Under the pieces are notes generated by a model. The model was given only the letters and a program-made list of their open reading frames with translations. It had not been told where the DNA came from and did not search any database. Source: Eledone cirrhosa (Eukaryota). Taken from it: a DNA stretch of 64,000 bases. This document shows positions 48,911-63,300 of the stretch, piece by piece; within the stretch, counting starts at the first letter, position 1; each line of letters starts with the position of its first letter. The translations under genes were made by a program, and so were the position numbers. The stretch is from NCBI GenBank assembly GCA_964016885.1, contig OZ024740.1, positions 15,996,001 to 16,060,000 on the forward strand. The letters run 5' to 3'.

Positions 48911-51900
48911 TCAGGAGAGCTGGACAGCCCGAAGGTCTTCAGAGAAGAAACTCTCAGGAGAGCTGGACAGCAGAAGGTCTTCAGAGAAGAAACTGTCAGG
49001 AGAGCTGGACAGCAGAAGGTCTTTAGAGAAGAAACTCTCAGGAGAGCTGGACAGCAGAAGGTCTTCAGAGAAGAAGCTCTCGGGAGAGCTGGACAGCAGA
49101 CGGTCTTCAGAGAAGAAACTCTGAGGAGAGCTGGACAGCAGAAGGTCTTTAGAGAAGAAACTCCCAGGAGAGCTAGACATCAGAAGGTCTTTAGAGAAGA
49201 AACTCTCCGCAGAACTGGACAGCAGAAGGTCTTCAGTGAAGAAACTCTGAGGAGAGCTGGACAGCAGAAGGTCTTCAGAGAAGAGATTCTGAGAAGAGTT
49301 GTACAGTAGGTCTTCAGAGAAGAAACTCTCACGAGAGCTGGACAGCAGTAGGTCTTCAGAGAAAAAACTCTTAGGAGAGCTGGACAGCAGAAGGTCTTCA
49401 GAGAAGAAAGTCTCAGGAGAGCTGGACAGCAGAAGGTCTTCAGAGAAGAAACTCTCAGGAGAGCTGGACAGCAGAAGGTCTTCAGAGAAGAAACTGTCAG
49501 GAGAGCTGGACAGCAGAAGGTCTTTAGAGAAGAAACTCTCACGAGAGCTGGACAGCAGAAGGTCTTCAGAGAAGAAGCTCTCGGGAGAGCTGGACAGCAG
49601 AAGGTCTTCAGAGAAGAAACTCTGAGGAGAGCTGGACAGCAGAAGGTCTTTAGAGAAGAAACTCCCAGGAGAGCTAGACAGCAGAAGGTCTTTAGAGAAG
49701 AAACTCTCAGGAGAGCTGGACAGCAGAAGGTCTTCAGTGAAGAAACTGTCAGGAGAGCTGGACAGCAGAAGGTCTTCAGAGAAGAAACTCTCAGGAGAGA
49801 TGGACAGCAGAAGGTCTTCAGCGAAGAAACTGTCAGGAGAGCTGGACAGCTGAAGGTCTTCAGAGAAGAAACTCTCAGGAGAACTAGACGGCAGAATGTC
49901 TTCACAGAAGTAACTTTCGGGAGTGCTGGACAGCAGAAGGTCGTTAGAGAAGAAACTCTGAGGAGAGCTAAACAGTAGAAGGTCTTCAGAGAAGGCACTG
50001 TCAGGAGAGCTGGACAGCAGAAGGTCTTCATAGAAGAAACTCTCAGAAGAGCTGGACAGCAGAAGGTCTTCAGAGAAGAAACTGTCAGGAGAGCTAGACA
50101 GCAGAAGGTCTTCAGAGGAGAAACTCTCAGAAGAGATAGACAGCAGAAGGTCTTCAGAGAAGAAACTCTCCGGAGAGCTGGACAGCAGAAGGTCTTCAGA
50201 GAAGAAACTCTGAGGAGAGCTGGACAGCAGAAGGTCTTCAGAGAAGAGATTCTGAGAAGAGTTGTACAGTAGGTCTTCAGAGAAGAAACTCTCACGAGAG
50301 CTGGACAGCAGTAGGTCTTCAGAGAAAAAACTCTCAGGAGAGCTGGACAGAAGAAGGTCTTCAGAGAAGAAAGTCTCAGGAGAGCTAGACAGCAGAAGGT
50401 CTTCAGAGAAGAAACTCTCAGGAGAGCTGGACAGCAGAAGGTCTTCAGAGAAGAAACTCTCACGAGAGCTGGACAGCAGAAGGTCTTCAGAGAAGAAACT
50501 CTCAGGAGAGCTAGACAGCAGATTGTCTTCACAGAAGTAACTTTCGGGAGTGCTGGACAGCAGAAGGTCGTTAGAGAAGAAACTCTCAGGAGAGCTAAAC
50601 AGCAGAAGGTCTTCAGAGAAGGCACTGTCAGGAGAGCTGGACAGCAGAAGGTCTTCATAGAAGAAACTCTCAGAAGAGCTGGACAGCAGAAGGTCTTCAG
50701 AGAAGAAACTGTCAGGAGAGCTAGACAGCAGAAGGTCTTCAGAGGAGAAACTCTCAGAAGAGATAGACAGCAGAAGGTGTTCAGAGAAGAAACTCTCAGG
50801 AGAGCTGGACAGCAGAAGGTCTTCAAATAAGAAACTCTCAGGAGAGCTGGACAGCAGAAGGTCTTCACAGAAGAAACTCTTAGGAGAGCTGGATAGCAGA
50901 AGGTCTTCAGAGAAGAAACTCTCGGGAGAGCTGGACAGCAGAGTGTCTTTAGAGAAGAAACTGTCAGGAGAGTTGGACAGCAGAAGGTCTTCAGAGATGA
51001 AACTGTCAGGAGAGCTGGACTGCAGAAGGTCTTTAGAGAAGAAACTGTCAGGAGAGCTGGACAGCAGAAGGTCTTTAGAGAAGAAACTCTCAGGAGAGCT
51101 GCACAGCAGAAGGTCTTCAGAGAAGAAACTGTCAGGAGAGCTAGACAGCAGAAGGTCGTCAGAGAAGATACTCTCAGGAGAGCTGGAAAGCAGAAGGTCT
51201 TCAGAGAAGAAACTCTCAGGAGAGCTGGACAGCAGAAGATCTTCAGAGAAGAAACTCTCAGGAGAGCTGGACAGCAGAAGGTCTTTAGAGGAGAAACTCT
51301 CAGGAGAGCTAGACAGCAGAAGGTCTTCAGAGAAGAAACTCTGAGGAGAGCTGGACAGCAGAAGGTCTTCAGAGAAGAAACTCTGAGAAGAGTTGTACAG
51401 TAGGTCTTCAGAGAAGAAACTCTCACGAGAGCTGGACAGCAGAAGGTCTTCAGATAAAAAACTCTCAGGAGAGCTGGACAGGAGAAGGTCTTCAGAGAAG
51501 AAACACTCAGGAGAGCTAGAGAGCAAAAGGTCTTCATAGAAGAAACTCTCAGGAGAGCTGGACAGCAGAAGGTCTTCAGAGAAGAAACTCTCAGGAGAGC
51601 TGGACAGCAGAATGTCTTCAGAAAAGAAACTCTCAGGAGACCTGGACAGCAGAAGGTCTTTAGAGAAGAAACTCTCAGGAGAGCTGGCCAGCAGAAGGTC
51701 TTCAGAGAAGAAACTGTCAGGGGGGCTGGACAGCAGAAGGTCTTCAGAGAAGAAACTCTCAGGAGAGCTAGACAGCAGAAGGTCTTCAGAGATGAAACTG
51801 TCAGGAGAGCTGGACAGTAGGTCTTCAGAGAAGAAACTCTCGGGAGAGCTGGACAGCAGAAGGTCTTTAGAGAAGAAACTCTCAGGAGAGCTGGACAGCA

Positions 51901-54900
51901 GAAGGTCTTTAGTGAAGAAACTGTCAGGAGAGCTGGACAGCAGAAGGTCTTTAGAGAAGAAACTCTCAGGAGATCTGGACAGCAGAAGGTCTTCAGAAAA
52001 CAAACTGTCATGAGAGCTGGACAGCAGAAGGTCCTCAGAGAAGAAACTCTCAGGTGAGCTAGACACCAGAAGGTCTTCAGAGAAGAAACTCTCACGAGAG
52101 CTGGATAGCAGGTCTTCAGAGAAGAACCTCTCAGGAGAGCTGGACATCAGAAGGTCTTCAGAGAAGAAACTCTCAGGAGAGATAGACAGCAGAAGGTGTT
52201 CAGAGAAGAAACTCTCAGGAGAGCTGGACAGCAGAAGGTCTTCAAAGAAGAAACTCTCAGGAGTACTGGACAGCAGAAGGTCTTTAGAGAAGAAACTCTC
52301 AGGAGAGCTGGACAGCAGAAGGTCTTTAGAGAAGAAACTCTCAGGAGAACTGGACAGCAGAAGGTCTTTAGAGAAGAAACTCTCAGTAGAGCTGGACAGC
52401 AGAAGGTCTGCAGAGAAGAAACTCTCGGGAGAGCTGGACAGCAGAAGGTCTTCAGAAAACAAACTGTCATGAGAGCTGGACAGCAGAAGGTCCTCAGAGA
52501 AGAAACTCTCAGGTGAGCTAGACACCAGAAGGTCTTCAGAGAAGAAACTCTCACGAGAGCTGGACAGCAGAAGGTCTTCAGAGAAGAAACTCCCACGAGA
52601 GCTGGACATCAGAAGGTCTTCAGAGTAGAAACTCTCAGGATAGATAGACAGCAGAAGGTCTTCAGAGAAGAAACTCTCCGTAGAGCTGGACAGCAGAAGT
52701 TCTTCAGAGAAGAAACTCTGAGGAGAGCCGGACAGCAGAAGGTCTTCAGAGAAGAAACTCTCAGGAGAGCTGGACAGCAGAAGGTCTTCAGAGAAGAAAC
52801 TGTCTGGAGAGCTGGACAGCAGAAGGTCTTTAGAGAAGAAACTCTCACGAGAGCTGGACAGCAGAAGCTCTTCAGAGAAGAAGCTCTCGGGAGAGCTGGA
52901 CAGCAGAAGGTCTTCAGAGAAGAAACTCTGAGGAGAGCTGGACAGCAAAAGGTCTTTAGAGAAGAAACTCCCAGGAGAGCTAGACAGCAGAAGGTCTTTA
53001 GAGAAGAAACTCTCAGGAGAGCTGGACAGCAGAAGGTCTTCAGTGAAAAAACTGTCAGGAGAGCTGGACAGCAGAAGGTCTTCAGAGAAGAAACTCTCAG
53101 GAGAGATGGACAGCAGAAGGTCTTCAGCGAAGAAACTGTCAGGAGAGCTGGACAGCAGAAGGTCTTCAGAGAAGAAACTCTCAGGAGAGCTAGACAGCAG
53201 AATGTCTTCACAGAAGTAACTTTCGGGAGTGCTGGACAGCAGAAGGTCGTTAGAGAAAAAACTCTCAGGAGAGCTAAACAGCAGAGGTTCTTCAGAGAAG
53301 ACACTGTCAGGAGAGCTGGACAGCAAAAGGTCTTCAGAGAAGAAACTCTCAGAAGAGCTGGACAGCAGAAGGTCTTCAGAGAAGAAACTGTCAGGAGAGC
53401 TAGACAGCAGAAGGTCTTCAGAGGAGAAACTCTCAGAAGAGATAGACAGCAGAAGGTGTTCAGAGAAGAAACTCTCAGGAGAGCTGGACAGCAGAAGGTC
53501 TTCAAATAAGAAACTCTCAGGAGAGCTGGACAGCAGAAGGTCTTCACAGAAGAAACTCTTAGGAGAGCTGGATAGCAGAAGGTCTTCAGAGAAGAAACTC
53601 TCGGGAGAGCTGGACAGCAGAGGGTCTTTAGAGAAGAAACTGTCAGGAGAGTTGGACAGCAGAAGGTCTTCAGAGATGAAATTGTCAGGAGAGCTGGACT
53701 GCAGAAGGTCTTTAGAGAAGAAACTGTCAGGAGAGCTGGACAGCAGAAGGTCTTTAGAGAAGAAACTCTCAGGAGAGCTGGACAGCAGAAGGTCTTCAGA
53801 GAAGAAACTGTCAGGAGAGCTAGACAGCAGAAGGTCGTCAGAGAAGATACTCTCAGGAGAGCTGGAAAGCAGAAGGTCTTCAGAGAAGAAACTCTCAGGA
53901 GAGCTGGACAGCAGAAGATCTTCTGAGAAGAAACTCTCAGGAGAGCTGGACAGCAGAAGGTCTTTAGAGGAGAAACTCTCAGGAGAGCTAGACAGCAGAA
54001 GGTCTTCAGAGAAGAAACTCTCCGGAGAGCTGGACAGCAGAAGGTCTTCAGAGAAGAAACTCTGAGGAGAGCTGGACAGCAGAAGGTCTTCAGAGAAGAA
54101 ACTCTGAGAAGAGTTGTACAGTAGGTCTTCAGAGAAGAAACTCTCACGAGAGCTGGACAGCAGAAGGTCTTCAGAGAAAAAACTCTCAGGAGAGCTGGAC
54201 AGGAGAAGGTCTTCAGAGAAGAAACACTCAGGAGAGCTAGACAGCAGAAGGTCTTCATAGAAGAAATTCTCAGGAGAGCTGGACAGCAGAAGGTCTTTAG
54301 AGAAGAAACTCCCAGGAGAGCTAGACATCAGAAGGTCTTTAGAGAAGAAACTCTCCGCAGAACTGGACAGCAGAAGGTCTTCAGTGAAGAAACTCTGAGG
54401 AGAGCTGGACAGCAGTAGGTCTTCAGAGAAAAAACTCTTAGGAGAGCTGGACAGCAGAAGGTCTTCAGAGAAGAAAGTCTCAGGAGAGCTGGACAGCAGA
54501 AGGTCTTCAGAGAAGAAACTCTCAGGAGAGCTGGACAGCAGAAGGTCTTCAGAGAAGAAACTGTCAGGAGAGCTGGACAGCAGAAGGTCTTTAGAGAAGA
54601 AACTCTCACGAGAGCTGGACAGCAGAAGGTCTTCAGAGAAGAAGCTCTCGGGAGAGCTGGACAGCAGAAGGTCTTCAGAGAAGAAACTCTGAGGAGAGCT
54701 GGACAGCAGAAGGTCTTTAGAGAAGAAACTCCCAGGAGAGCTAGACAGCAGAAGGTCTTTAGAGAAGAAACTCTCAGGAGAGCTGGACAGCAGAAGGTCT
54801 TCAGTGAAGAAACTGTCAGGAGAGCTGGACAGCAGAAGGTCTTCAGAGAAGAAACTCTCAGGAGAGATGGACACCAGAAGGTCTTCAGCGAAGAAACTGT

Positions 54901-57363
54901 CAGGAGAGCTGGACAGCTGAAGGTCTTCAGAGAAGAAACTCTCAGGAGAGCTAGACGGCAGAATGTCTTCACAGAAGTAACTTTCGGGTGTGCTGGACAG
55001 CAGAAGGTCGTTAGAGAAGAAACTCTCAGGAGAGCTAAACAGTAGAAGGTCTTCAGAGAAGACACTGTCAGGAGAGCTGGACAGCAGATGGTCTTCATAG
55101 AAGAAACTCAGGAGAGCTGGACAGCAGAAGGTCTTCAGAGAAGAAACTCTGAGGAGAGCTGGACAGCAGAAGGTCTTCAGAGAAGAAACTCTCAGAAGAG
55201 CTGGACAGCAGAAGGTCTTCAGAGAAGAAACTCTCAGGAGAGCTAGACAGCAGAATGTCTTCAGAGGAGAAACTCTCAGAAGAGATAGACAGCAGATGGT
55301 GTTCAGAGAAGAAATTCTCAGGAGAGCTGGACAGCAGAAGGTCTTCAAATAAGAAACTCTCAGGAGAGCTGGACAGCAGAAGGTCTTCACAGAAGAAACT
55401 CTTAGGAGAGCTGGATAGCAGAAGGTCTTCAGAGAAGAAACTCTCGGGAGAGCTGGACAGCAGAGGGTCTTTAGAGAAGAAACTGTCAGGAGAGTTGGAC
55501 AGCAGAAGGTCTTCAGAGATGAAACTGTCAGGAGAGCTGGACTGCAGAAGGTCTTTAGAGAAGAAACTGTCAGGAGAGCTGGACAGCAGAAGGTCTTTAG
55601 AGAAGAAACTCTCAGGAGAGCTGGACAGCAGAAGGTCTTCAGAGAAGAAACTGTCAAGAGAGCTGGACAGCAGAAGGTCTTTAGTGAAGAAACTCTCAGG
55701 AGAGCTAGACAGCAGAAGGTCTTCAGAAAACAAACTGTCATGAGAGCTGGACAGCAGAAGGTCCTCAGAGAAGAAACTCTCAGGTGAGCTAGACACCAGA
55801 AGGTCTTCAGAGAAGAAACTCTCACGAGAGCTGGAAAGCAGCAGGTCTTCAGACAAGAAACTCTCAGGAGAGCTGGACAGCAGAAGGTCTTCAGAGAAGA
55901 AACTCTCAGGAGAGCTGGACAGCAGAAGGTCTTTAGAGGAGAAACTCTCAGGAGAGCTAGACAGCAGAAGGTCTTCAGAGAAGAAACTCTCCGGAGAGCT
56001 GGACAGCAGAAGGTCTTCAGAGAAGAAACTCTGAGGAGAGCTGGACAGCAGAAGGTCTTCAGAGAAGAGATTCTGAGAAGAGTTGTACAGTAGGTCTTCA
56101 GAGAAGAAACTCTCACGAGAGCTGGACAGCAGTAGGTCTTCAGAGAAAAAACTCTCAGGAGAGCTGGACAGAAGAAGGTCTTCAGAGAAGAAAGTCTCAG
56201 GAGAGCTAGACAGCAGAAGGTCTTCAGAGAAGAAACTCTCAGGAGAGCTGGACAGCAGAAGGTCTTCAGAGAAGAAACTCTCAGGAGAGCTGGACAGCAG
56301 AAGGTCTTCAGAGAAGAAACTGTCAGGAGACCTGGACAGCAGAAGGTCTTTAGAGAAGAAACTCTCACGAGAGCTGGACAGCAGAAGGTCTTCAGAGAAG
56401 AAGCTCTCGGGAGAGCTGGACAGCAGAAGGTCTTCAGAGAAGAAACTCTGAGGAGAGCTGGACAGCAGAAGGTCTTTAGAGAAGAAACTCCCAGGAGAGC
56501 TAGACAGCAGAAGGTCTTTAGAGAAGAAACTCTCAGGAGCGCTGGACAGCAGAAGGTCTTCAGTGAAGAAACTGTCAGGAGAGCTGGACAGCAAAAGGTC
56601 TTCAGAGAAGAAACTCTCAGGAGAGATGGACAGCAGAAGGTCTTCAGCGAAGAAACTGTCAGGAGAGCTGGACAGCAGAAGGTCATCAGAGAAGAAACTC
56701 TCAGGAGAGCTAGACAGCAGATTGTCTTCACAGAAGTAACTTTCAGGAGTGCTGGACAGCAGAAGGTCGTTAGAGAAGAAACTCTCAGGAGAGCTAAACA
56801 GCAGAAGGTCTTCAGAGAAGGCACTGTCAGGAGAGCTGGACAGCAGAAGGTCTTCAGAGAAGAAACTCTCAGAAGAGCTGGACAGCAGAAGGTCTTCAGA
56901 GAAGAAACTGTCAGGAGAGCTAGACAGCAGAAGGTCTTCAGAGGAGAAACTCTCAGAAGAGATAGACAGCAGAAGGTGTTCAGAGAAGAAACTCTCAGGA
57001 GAGCTGGACAGCAGAAGGTCTTCAAATAAGAAACTCTCAGGAGAGCTGGACAGCAGAAGGTCTTCACAGAAGAAACTCTCAGGAGAGCTGGATAGCAGAA
57101 GGTCTTCAGAGAAGAAACTCTCGGGAGAGCTGGACAGCAGAGGGTCTTTAGAGAAGAAACTGTCAGGAGAGTTGGACAGCAGAAGGTCTTCAGAGATGAA
57201 ACTGTCAGGAGAGCTGGACTGCAGAAGGTCTTTAGAGAAGAAACTGTCAGGAGAGCTGGACAGCAGAAGGTCTTTAGAGAAGAAACTCTCAGGAGAGCTG
57301 CACAGCAGAAGGTCTTCAGAGAAGAAACTGTCAGGAGAGCTAGACAGCAGAAGGTCGTCAGAA

Positions 57364-60300
57364 AAGATACTCTCAGGAGAGCTGGAAAGCAGAAGGTCTT
57401 CAGAGAAGAAACTCTCAGGAGAGCTGGACAGCAGAAGATCTTCAGAGAAGAAACTCTCAGGAGAGCTGGACAGCAGAAGGTCTTTAGAGGAGAAACTCTC
57501 AGGAGAGCTAGACAGCAGAAGGTCTTCAGAGAAGAAACTCTCCGGAGAGCTGGACAGCAGAAGGTCTTCAGAGAAGAAACTCTGAGGAGAGCTGGACAGC
57601 AGAAGGTCTTCAGAGAAGAAACTCTGAGAAGAGTTGTACAGTAGGTCTTCAGAGAAGAAACTCTCACGAGAGCTGGACAGCAGAAGGTCTTCAGATAAAA
57701 AACTCTCAGGAGAGCTGGACAGGAGAAGGTCTTCAGAGAAGAAACACTCAGGAGAGCTAGAGAGCAAAAGGTCTTCATAGAAGAAACTCTCAGGAGAGCT
57801 GGACAGCAGAAGGTCTTCAGAGAAGAAACTCTCAGGAGAGCTGGACAGCAGAATGTCTTCAGAAAAGAAACTCTCAGGAGACCTGGACAGCAGAAGGTCT
57901 TTAGAGAAGAAACTCTCAGGAGAGCTGGCCAGCAGAAGGTCTTCAGAGAAGAAACTGTCAGGGGGGCTGGACAGCAGAAGGTCTTCAGAGAAGAAACTCT
58001 CAGGAGAGCTAGACAGCAGAAGGTCTTCAGAGATGAAACTGTCAGGAGAGCTGGACAGTAGGTCTTCAGAGAAGAAACTCTCGGGAGAGCTGGACAGCAG
58101 AAGGTCTTTAGAGAAGAAACTCTCAGGAGAGCTGGACAGCAGAAGGTCTTTAGTGAAGAAACTGTCATGAGAGCTGGACAGCAGAAGGTCCTCAGAGAAG
58201 AAACTCTCAGGTGAGCTAGACACCAGAAGGTCTTCAGAGAAGAAACTCTCACGAGAGCTGGATAGCAGAAGGTCTTCAGAGAAGAAGCTCTCAGGAGAGC
58301 TGGACATCAGAAGGTCTTCAGAGAAGAAACTCTCAGGAGAGATAGACAGCAGAAGGTGTTCAGAGAAGAAACTCTCAGGAGAGCTGGACAGCAGAAGGTC
58401 TTCAAAGAAGAAACTCTCAGGAGTACTGGACAGCAGAAGGTCTTTAGAGAAGAAACTCTCAGGAGAGCTGGACAGCAGAAGGTCTTTAGAGAAGAAACTC
58501 TCAGGAGAACTGGACAGCAGAAGGTCTTTAGAGAAGAAACTCTCAGTAGAGCTGGACAGCAGAAGGTCTGCAGAGAAGAAACTCTCGGGAGAGCTGGACA
58601 GCAGAAGGTCTTCAGAAAACAAACTGTCATGAGAGCTGGACAGCAGAAGGTCCTCAGAGAAGAAACTCTCAGGTGAGCTAGACACCAGAAGGTCTTCAGA
58701 GAAGAAACTCTCACGAGAGCTGGACAGCAGAAGGTCTTCAGAGAAGAAACTCTCACGAGAGCTGGACATCGGAAGGTCTTCAGAGTAGAAACTCTCAGGA
58801 TAGATAGACAGCAGAAGGTGTTCAGTGAAGAAACTCTCAGGAGAGCTGGACAGCAGAAGGTCTTCAGAGAAGAAACTCTCAGGAGTACTGGACAGCAGAA
58901 GGTCTTCAGAGAAGAAACTCTCGGGAGAGCTGGACAGCAGAAGGTCTTCAGAAAAGAAACTCTCAGGAGAGCTAGACAGCAGAAGGTCTTCAGAGAAGAA
59001 ACTCTCCGTAGAGCTGGACAGCAGAAGGTCTTCAGAGAAGAAACTCTGAGGAGAGCCGGACAGCAGAAGGTCTTCAGAGAAGAAACTCTGAGGAGAGCTG
59101 TACAGTAGGTCTTCAGAGAAGAAACTCTCAGGAGAGCTGGACAGCAGAAGGTCTTCAGAGAAGAAACTCTGAGGAGAGCTGGACAGCAGAAGCTCTTCAG
59201 AGAAGAAACTCTCAGGAGAGCTGGACAGCAGAAGGTCTTCAGAGAAGAAACTCTCAGGAGTACTGGACAGCAGAAGGTCTTCAGAGAAGAAACTCTCAGG
59301 AGAGATAGACAGCAGAAGGTTTTCAGAGAAGAAACTCTCAGTAGAGCTAGACAGCAGAAGGTCTTTAGAGAAGAAACTCTCAGGAGAGATGGATAGCAGG
59401 AGGTCTTTAGAGAAGAAACTTTCGGGAGAGCTGGACAGCAGAAGGTCTTTAGAGAAGAAACTCTCAGGAGAGCTGGACAGCAGAAGGTCTTCAGAGAAGA
59501 AACTGTCAGGAGAGCTGGACAGCAGAAGGTCTTCAGAGAAGAAACTCTCAGGAGAGCTGGACAGCAGAAGGTCTTCAGAGAAGAAACTGTCAGGAGAGCT
59601 GGACAGCAGAAGGTCTTCAGAGAAGAAACTCTCAGGAGAGCTGGACAGCAGAAGGTCTTCAGAGAAGAAACTGTCAGGAGAGCTGGACAGCAGAAGGTCT
59701 TCAGAGAAGAAACTCTCAGGAGAGCTAGACAGCAGAATGTCTTCAGAGAAGTAACTTTCGGGAGTGCTGGATAGCAGAAGGTCTTTAGAGAAGAAACTCT
59801 CAGGAGAGCTAGACAGCAGGTCTTCAGAGAAGACACTGTCAGGAGAGCTGGACAGCAGATGGTCTTCAGAGAAGAAACTCTCAGGCGAGCTGGACAGCAG
59901 AAGGTCTTCAGAGAAGAAACTCAGGAGAGCTGGACAGCAGAAGGTCTTCAGAGAAGAAACTCTGAGGAGAGCTGGACAGCAGAAGGTCTTCAGAGAAGAA
60001 ACTCTCAGGAGAGCTGTACAGTAGGTCTTCAGAGAAGAAACTCTCAGGAGAGCTGGACAGCAGAAGGTCTTCAGAGAAGAAACTCTCAGGAGAGCTAGAC
60101 AGTAGAAGGTCTTCAGAGGAGAAACTCTCAGGAGAGATAGATAGCAGAAGGTCTTCAGAGAAGAAACTCTCAGGAGAGTTGGACAGCAGAAGGTCTTCAG
60201 AGAAGAAACTCTCAGGAGAGCTGGACAGGAGAAGATCTTCAGAGAAGAAACTCTCAGAAGAGATAGACAGCAGAAGGTGTTCAGAGAAGAAACTCTCAGG

Positions 60301-63300
60301 AGAGCTGGACAGCAGAAGGTCTTCAGAGAAGAAACTCTCAGGAGAGCTGGACAGCAGAAGGTCTTCACAGAAGAAACTCTTAGGAGAGCTGGATAGCAGA
60401 CGGTCTTCAGAGATGAAACTGTCAGGAGAGCTGGACAGCAGAAGGTCTTTAGAGAAGAAACTCTCAGGAGAGCTGGACAGCAGAAGGTCTTCAGAGAAGA
60501 AACTGTCAGGAGAGCTGCACAGCAGAAGGTCTTTAGTGAAGAAACTCTCAGGAGAGCTAGACAGCAGAAGGTCTTCAGAAAACAAACTGTCATGAGAGCT
60601 GGACAGCAGAAGGTCCTCAGAGAAGAAACTCTCAGGTGAGCTAGACACCAGAAGGTCTTCAGAGAAGAAACTCTCAGGAGAGCTGGAAAGCAGAAGGTCT
60701 TCAGAGAAGAAACTCTCAGGAGAGCTGGATAGCAGAAGGTCTTCAGAGAAGAAACTCTCAGGAGAGCTGGACAGCAGAAGGTCTTTAGAGGAGAAACTCT
60801 CAGGAGAGCTAGACAGCAGAAGGTCTTCAGAGAAGAAACTCTCCGGAGAGCTGGACAGCAGAAGGTCTTCAGAGAAGAAACTCTGAGGAGAGCTGGACAG
60901 CAGAAGGTCTTCAGAGAAGAGATTCTGAGAAGAGTTGTACAGTAGGTCTTCAGAGAAGAAACTCTCACGAGAGCTGGACAGCAGTAGGTCTTCAGAGAAA
61001 AAACTCTCAGGTGAGCTAGACACCAGAAGGTCTTCAGAGAAGAAACTCTCGGGAGAGCTGGACAGCAGAGGGTCTTTAGAGAAGAAACTGTCAGGAGAGT
61101 TGGACAGCAGAAGGTCTTCAGAGATGAAACTGTCAGGAGAGCTGGACTGCAGAAGGTCTTTAGAGAAGAAACTGTCAGGAGAGCTGGACAGCAGAAGGTC
61201 TTTAGAGAAGAAACTCTCAGCAGAGCTGCACAGCAGAAGGTCTTCAGAGAAGAAACTCTGAGGAGAGCTGGACAGCAGAAGGTCTTCAGAGAAGATACTC
61301 TCAGGAGAGCTGGAAAGCAGAAGGTCTTCAGAGAAGAAACTCTCAGGAGAGCTGGACAGCAGAAGATCTTCAGAGAAGAAACTCTCAGGAGAGCTGGACA
61401 GCAGAAGGTCTTTAGAGGAGAAACTCTCAGGAGAGCTAGACAGCAGAAGGTCTTCAGAGAAGAAACTCTCCGGAGAGCTGGACAGCAGAAGGTCTTCAGA
61501 GAAGAAACTCTGAGGAGAGCTGGACAGCAGAAGGTCTTCAGAGAAGAAACTCTGAGAAGAGTTGTACAGTAGGTCTTCAGAGAAGAAACTCTCACGAGAG
61601 CTGGACAGCAGAAGGTCTTCAGATAAAAAACTCTCAGGAGAGCTGGACAGGAGAAGGTCTTCAGAGAAGAAACACTCAGGAGAGCTAGAGAGCAAAAGGT
61701 CTTCATAGAAGAAACTCTCAGGAGAGCTGGACAGCAGAAGGTCTTCAGAGAAGAAACTCTCAGGAGAGCTGGACAGCAGAATGTCTTCAGAAAAGAAACT
61801 CTCAGGAGACCTGGACAGCAGAAGGTCTTTAGAGAAGAAACTCTCAGGAGAGCTGGCCAGCAGAAGGTCTTCAGAGAAGAAACTGTCAGGGGGGCTGGAC
61901 AGCAGAAGGTCTTCAGAGAAGAAACTCTCAGGAGAGCTAGACAGCAGAAGGTCTTCAGAGATGAAACTGTCAGGAGAGCTGGACAGTAGGTCTTCAGAGA
62001 AGAAACTCTCGGGAGAGCTGGACAGCAGAAGGTCTTTAGAGAAGAAACTCTCAGGAGAGCTGGACAGCAGAAGGTCTTTAGTGAAGAAACTGTCATGAGA
62101 GCTGGACAGCAGAAGGTCCTCAGAGAAGAAACTCTCAGGTGAGCTAGACACCAGAAGGTCTTCAGAGAAGAAACTCTCACGAGAGCTGGATAGCAGTAGG
62201 TCTTCAGAGAAGAAGCTCTCAGGAGAGCTGGACATCAGAAGGTCTTCAGAGAAGAAACTCTCAGGAGAGATAGACAGCAGAAGGTGTTCAGAGAAGAAAC
62301 TCTCAGGAGAGCTGGACAGCAGAAGGTCTTCAAAGAAGAAACTCTCAGGAGTACTGGACAGCAGAAGGTCTTTAGAGAAGAAACTCTCAGGAGAGCTGGA
62401 CAGCAGAAGGTCTTTAGAGAAGAAACTCTCAGGAGAACTGGACAGCAGAAGGTCTTTAGAGAAGAAACTCTCAGTAGAGCTGGACAGCAGAAGGTCTGCA
62501 GAGAAGAAACTCTCGGGAGAGCTGGACAGCAGAAGGTCTTCAGAAAACAAACTGTCATGAGAGCTGGACAGCAGAAGGTCCTCAGAGAAGAAACTCTCAG
62601 GTGAGCTAGACACCAGAAGGTCTTCAGAGAAGAAACTCTCACGAGAGCTGGACAGCAGAAGGTCTTCAGAGAAGAAACTCTCACGAGAGCTGGACTTCAG
62701 AAGGTCTTCAGAGTAGAAACTCTCAGGATAGATAGACAGCAGAAGGTGTTCAGTGAAGAAACTCTCAGGAGAGCTGGACAGCAGAAGGTCTTCAAAGAAG
62801 AAACTCTCAGGAGAGCTGGACAGCAGAAGGTCTTCAGAGAAGAAACTCTCAGGAGTACTGGACAGCAGAAGGTCTTCAGAGAAGAAACTCTCGGGAGAGC
62901 TGGACAGCAGAAGGTCTTCAGAAAAGAAACTCTCAGGAGAGCTAGACAGCAGAAGGTCTTCAGAGAAGAAACTCTCCGTAGAGCTGGACAGCAGAAGGTC
63001 TTCAGAGAAGAAACTCTGAGGAGAGCCGGACAGCAGAAGGTCTTCAGAGAAGAAACTCTGAGGAGAGCTGTACAGTAGGTCTTCAGAGAAGAAACTCTCA
63101 GGAGAGCTGGACAGCAGAAGGTCTTCAGAGAAGAAACTCTGAGGAGAGCTGGACAGCAGAAGCTCTTCAGAGAAGAAACTCTCAGGAGAGCTGGACAGCA
63201 GAAGGTCTTCAGAGAAGAAACTCTCAGGAGTACTGGACAGCAGAAGGTCTTCAGAGAAGAAACTCTCAGGAGAGATAGACAGCAGAAGGTTTTCAGAGAA

